Source: Patescibacteria group bacterium | GTDB lineage: Bacteria; Patescibacteriota; Minisyncoccia; Minisyncoccales; UBA10102 | NCBI GenBank assembly: GCA_022563395.1 | Contig: JADFNM010000001.1 | Span: 178,830 to 242,829 of the forward strand | Direction of reading: 5' to 3' | DNA length: 64,000 nucleotides | Part shown: piece by piece, positions 63,537-64,000 of the stretch | Numbering within the stretch: position 1 is the stretch's first letter | How the letters are laid out: the number at the start of each line of letters is the position of its first letter | Notes under the pieces: generated by a model | What the model was told of the DNA's origin: nothing | What the model saw: the letters and a program-made list of their open reading frames with translations, nothing else | The model's database searches: none | Translations under genes and position numbers: made by a program

Positions 63537-64000
63537 GTGAAAATCACCAAGGCGTCAGGCAAACAAGAAACCTACAGCAGACAAAAGCTCTGCAACTCTC
63601 TCTTAGCAGCTGGTGCTCCAAAGGCGCTGGTGAATCGGGTATGCCGCACGGTGGAAAAGGAGATTAGCCCCGGCATGACGACAAAAGAGATATATGAGAA
63701 GACCAAAAGGCACCTTGCAAAGGAAAACCCGGCTCTTGCAGCAAAATATTCTCTAAAACAAGGCATAATGGAGTTGGGACCTGCGGGCTTTCTGTTTGAG
63801 AGATATGTTGCAGCCATTCTCCAGGAATACGGCTATACGACAAAGACCAACCAGATAATGAAGGGGGAGTGCGTATCACACGAGATAGACATCTTGGCTT
63901 TCACCAAAGATAACCACTACATAGTTGAGACAAAATACCACAACACCAGGGGGATCAAGTCAGACGTGCGGGTTGCTATGTACCTGTATGCCAGGCTTCT
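63537..64000 (+). CDS. ATP-cone domain + Mrr/restriction-endonuclease-like domain protein (partial; GTG start; runs off the window)
   Basis: N-terminal ATP-cone-like KITKASGKQETYSRQKLCNSL, then GFLFERYVAAILQEYGY...ECVSHEIDILAF, the Mrr-cat D-(x)n-E-x-K pattern. Confidence 0.5.
   Translation, partial: MKITKASGKQETYSRQKLCNSLLAAGAPKALVNRVCRTVEKEISPGMTTKEIYEKTKRHLAKENPALAAKYSLKQGIMELGPAGFLFERYVAAILQEYGYTTKTNQIMKGECVSHEIDILAFTKDNHYIVETKYHNTRGIKSDVRVAMYLYARL

Overview
This window reads as a Patescibacteria/CPR-like bacterial genome fragment. That assignment is an inference from small genes, a fragmented division/cell-wall cluster, lipid-salvage genes and many leaderless promoters. GC content is low, apart from a few GC-rich patches.

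Two conserved housekeeping blocks flank an accessory region. The left block (0.1-16.3 kb) holds mraZ-rsmH-ftsL-ftsI, tRNA-Glu, a P-type ATPase with a CaCA exchanger, rmuC, rplU, recR, dnaB, cysS and dnaX. The right block (39.6-64 kb) holds acpS, an Aas-like lipid enzyme, glycosyltransferases, pcm, an FKBP-type isomerase, efp, fmt, thpR, murC, a histidine kinase, aspS, a D,D-carboxypeptidase, mraY, murD, ftsW, murG and gltX.

Between them (about 16.3-39.6 kb) lies an accessory region that begins at tRNA-Gln. It consists of short cassette-like gene units that mostly encode membrane, secreted or surface proteins. These include a retropepsin-like protease, HExxH and metzincin proteases, a pilin-like protein, an NfeD-stomatin pair, CcdA, a cupredoxin, a beta-propeller protein and alpha/beta hydrolases. 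Each unit is punctuated by three recurring sequence modules:
- a GGTTCTAAC[AT]TCGTCC motif, including one exact 17-nt copy of the tRNA-Gln 3' end;
- RPE-like palindromes of the CCTAAACGAGATTTAGG or CCTTAACGAAATTAAGG type;
- a conserved hairpin-T6-GGTAGAAT promoter placed 5-20 nt before the start codon.

The same palindromic elements are also inserted in frame inside the essential genes murC and cysS, and inside a PP-loop-like ORF, where they add PKRDLG/PKSRLG peptides. Other oddities are a P-type ATPase carrying DKTLT instead of DKTGT, a truncated response-regulator fragment after the kinase, a proline-rich tandem-repeat protein, a GC-rich foreign-looking gene, and an AT-rich membrane gene flanked by GC-rich inverted repeats next to tRNA-Glu.

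Non-CDS coordinates were derived by hand from the line labels and may be off by 1-2 bp.
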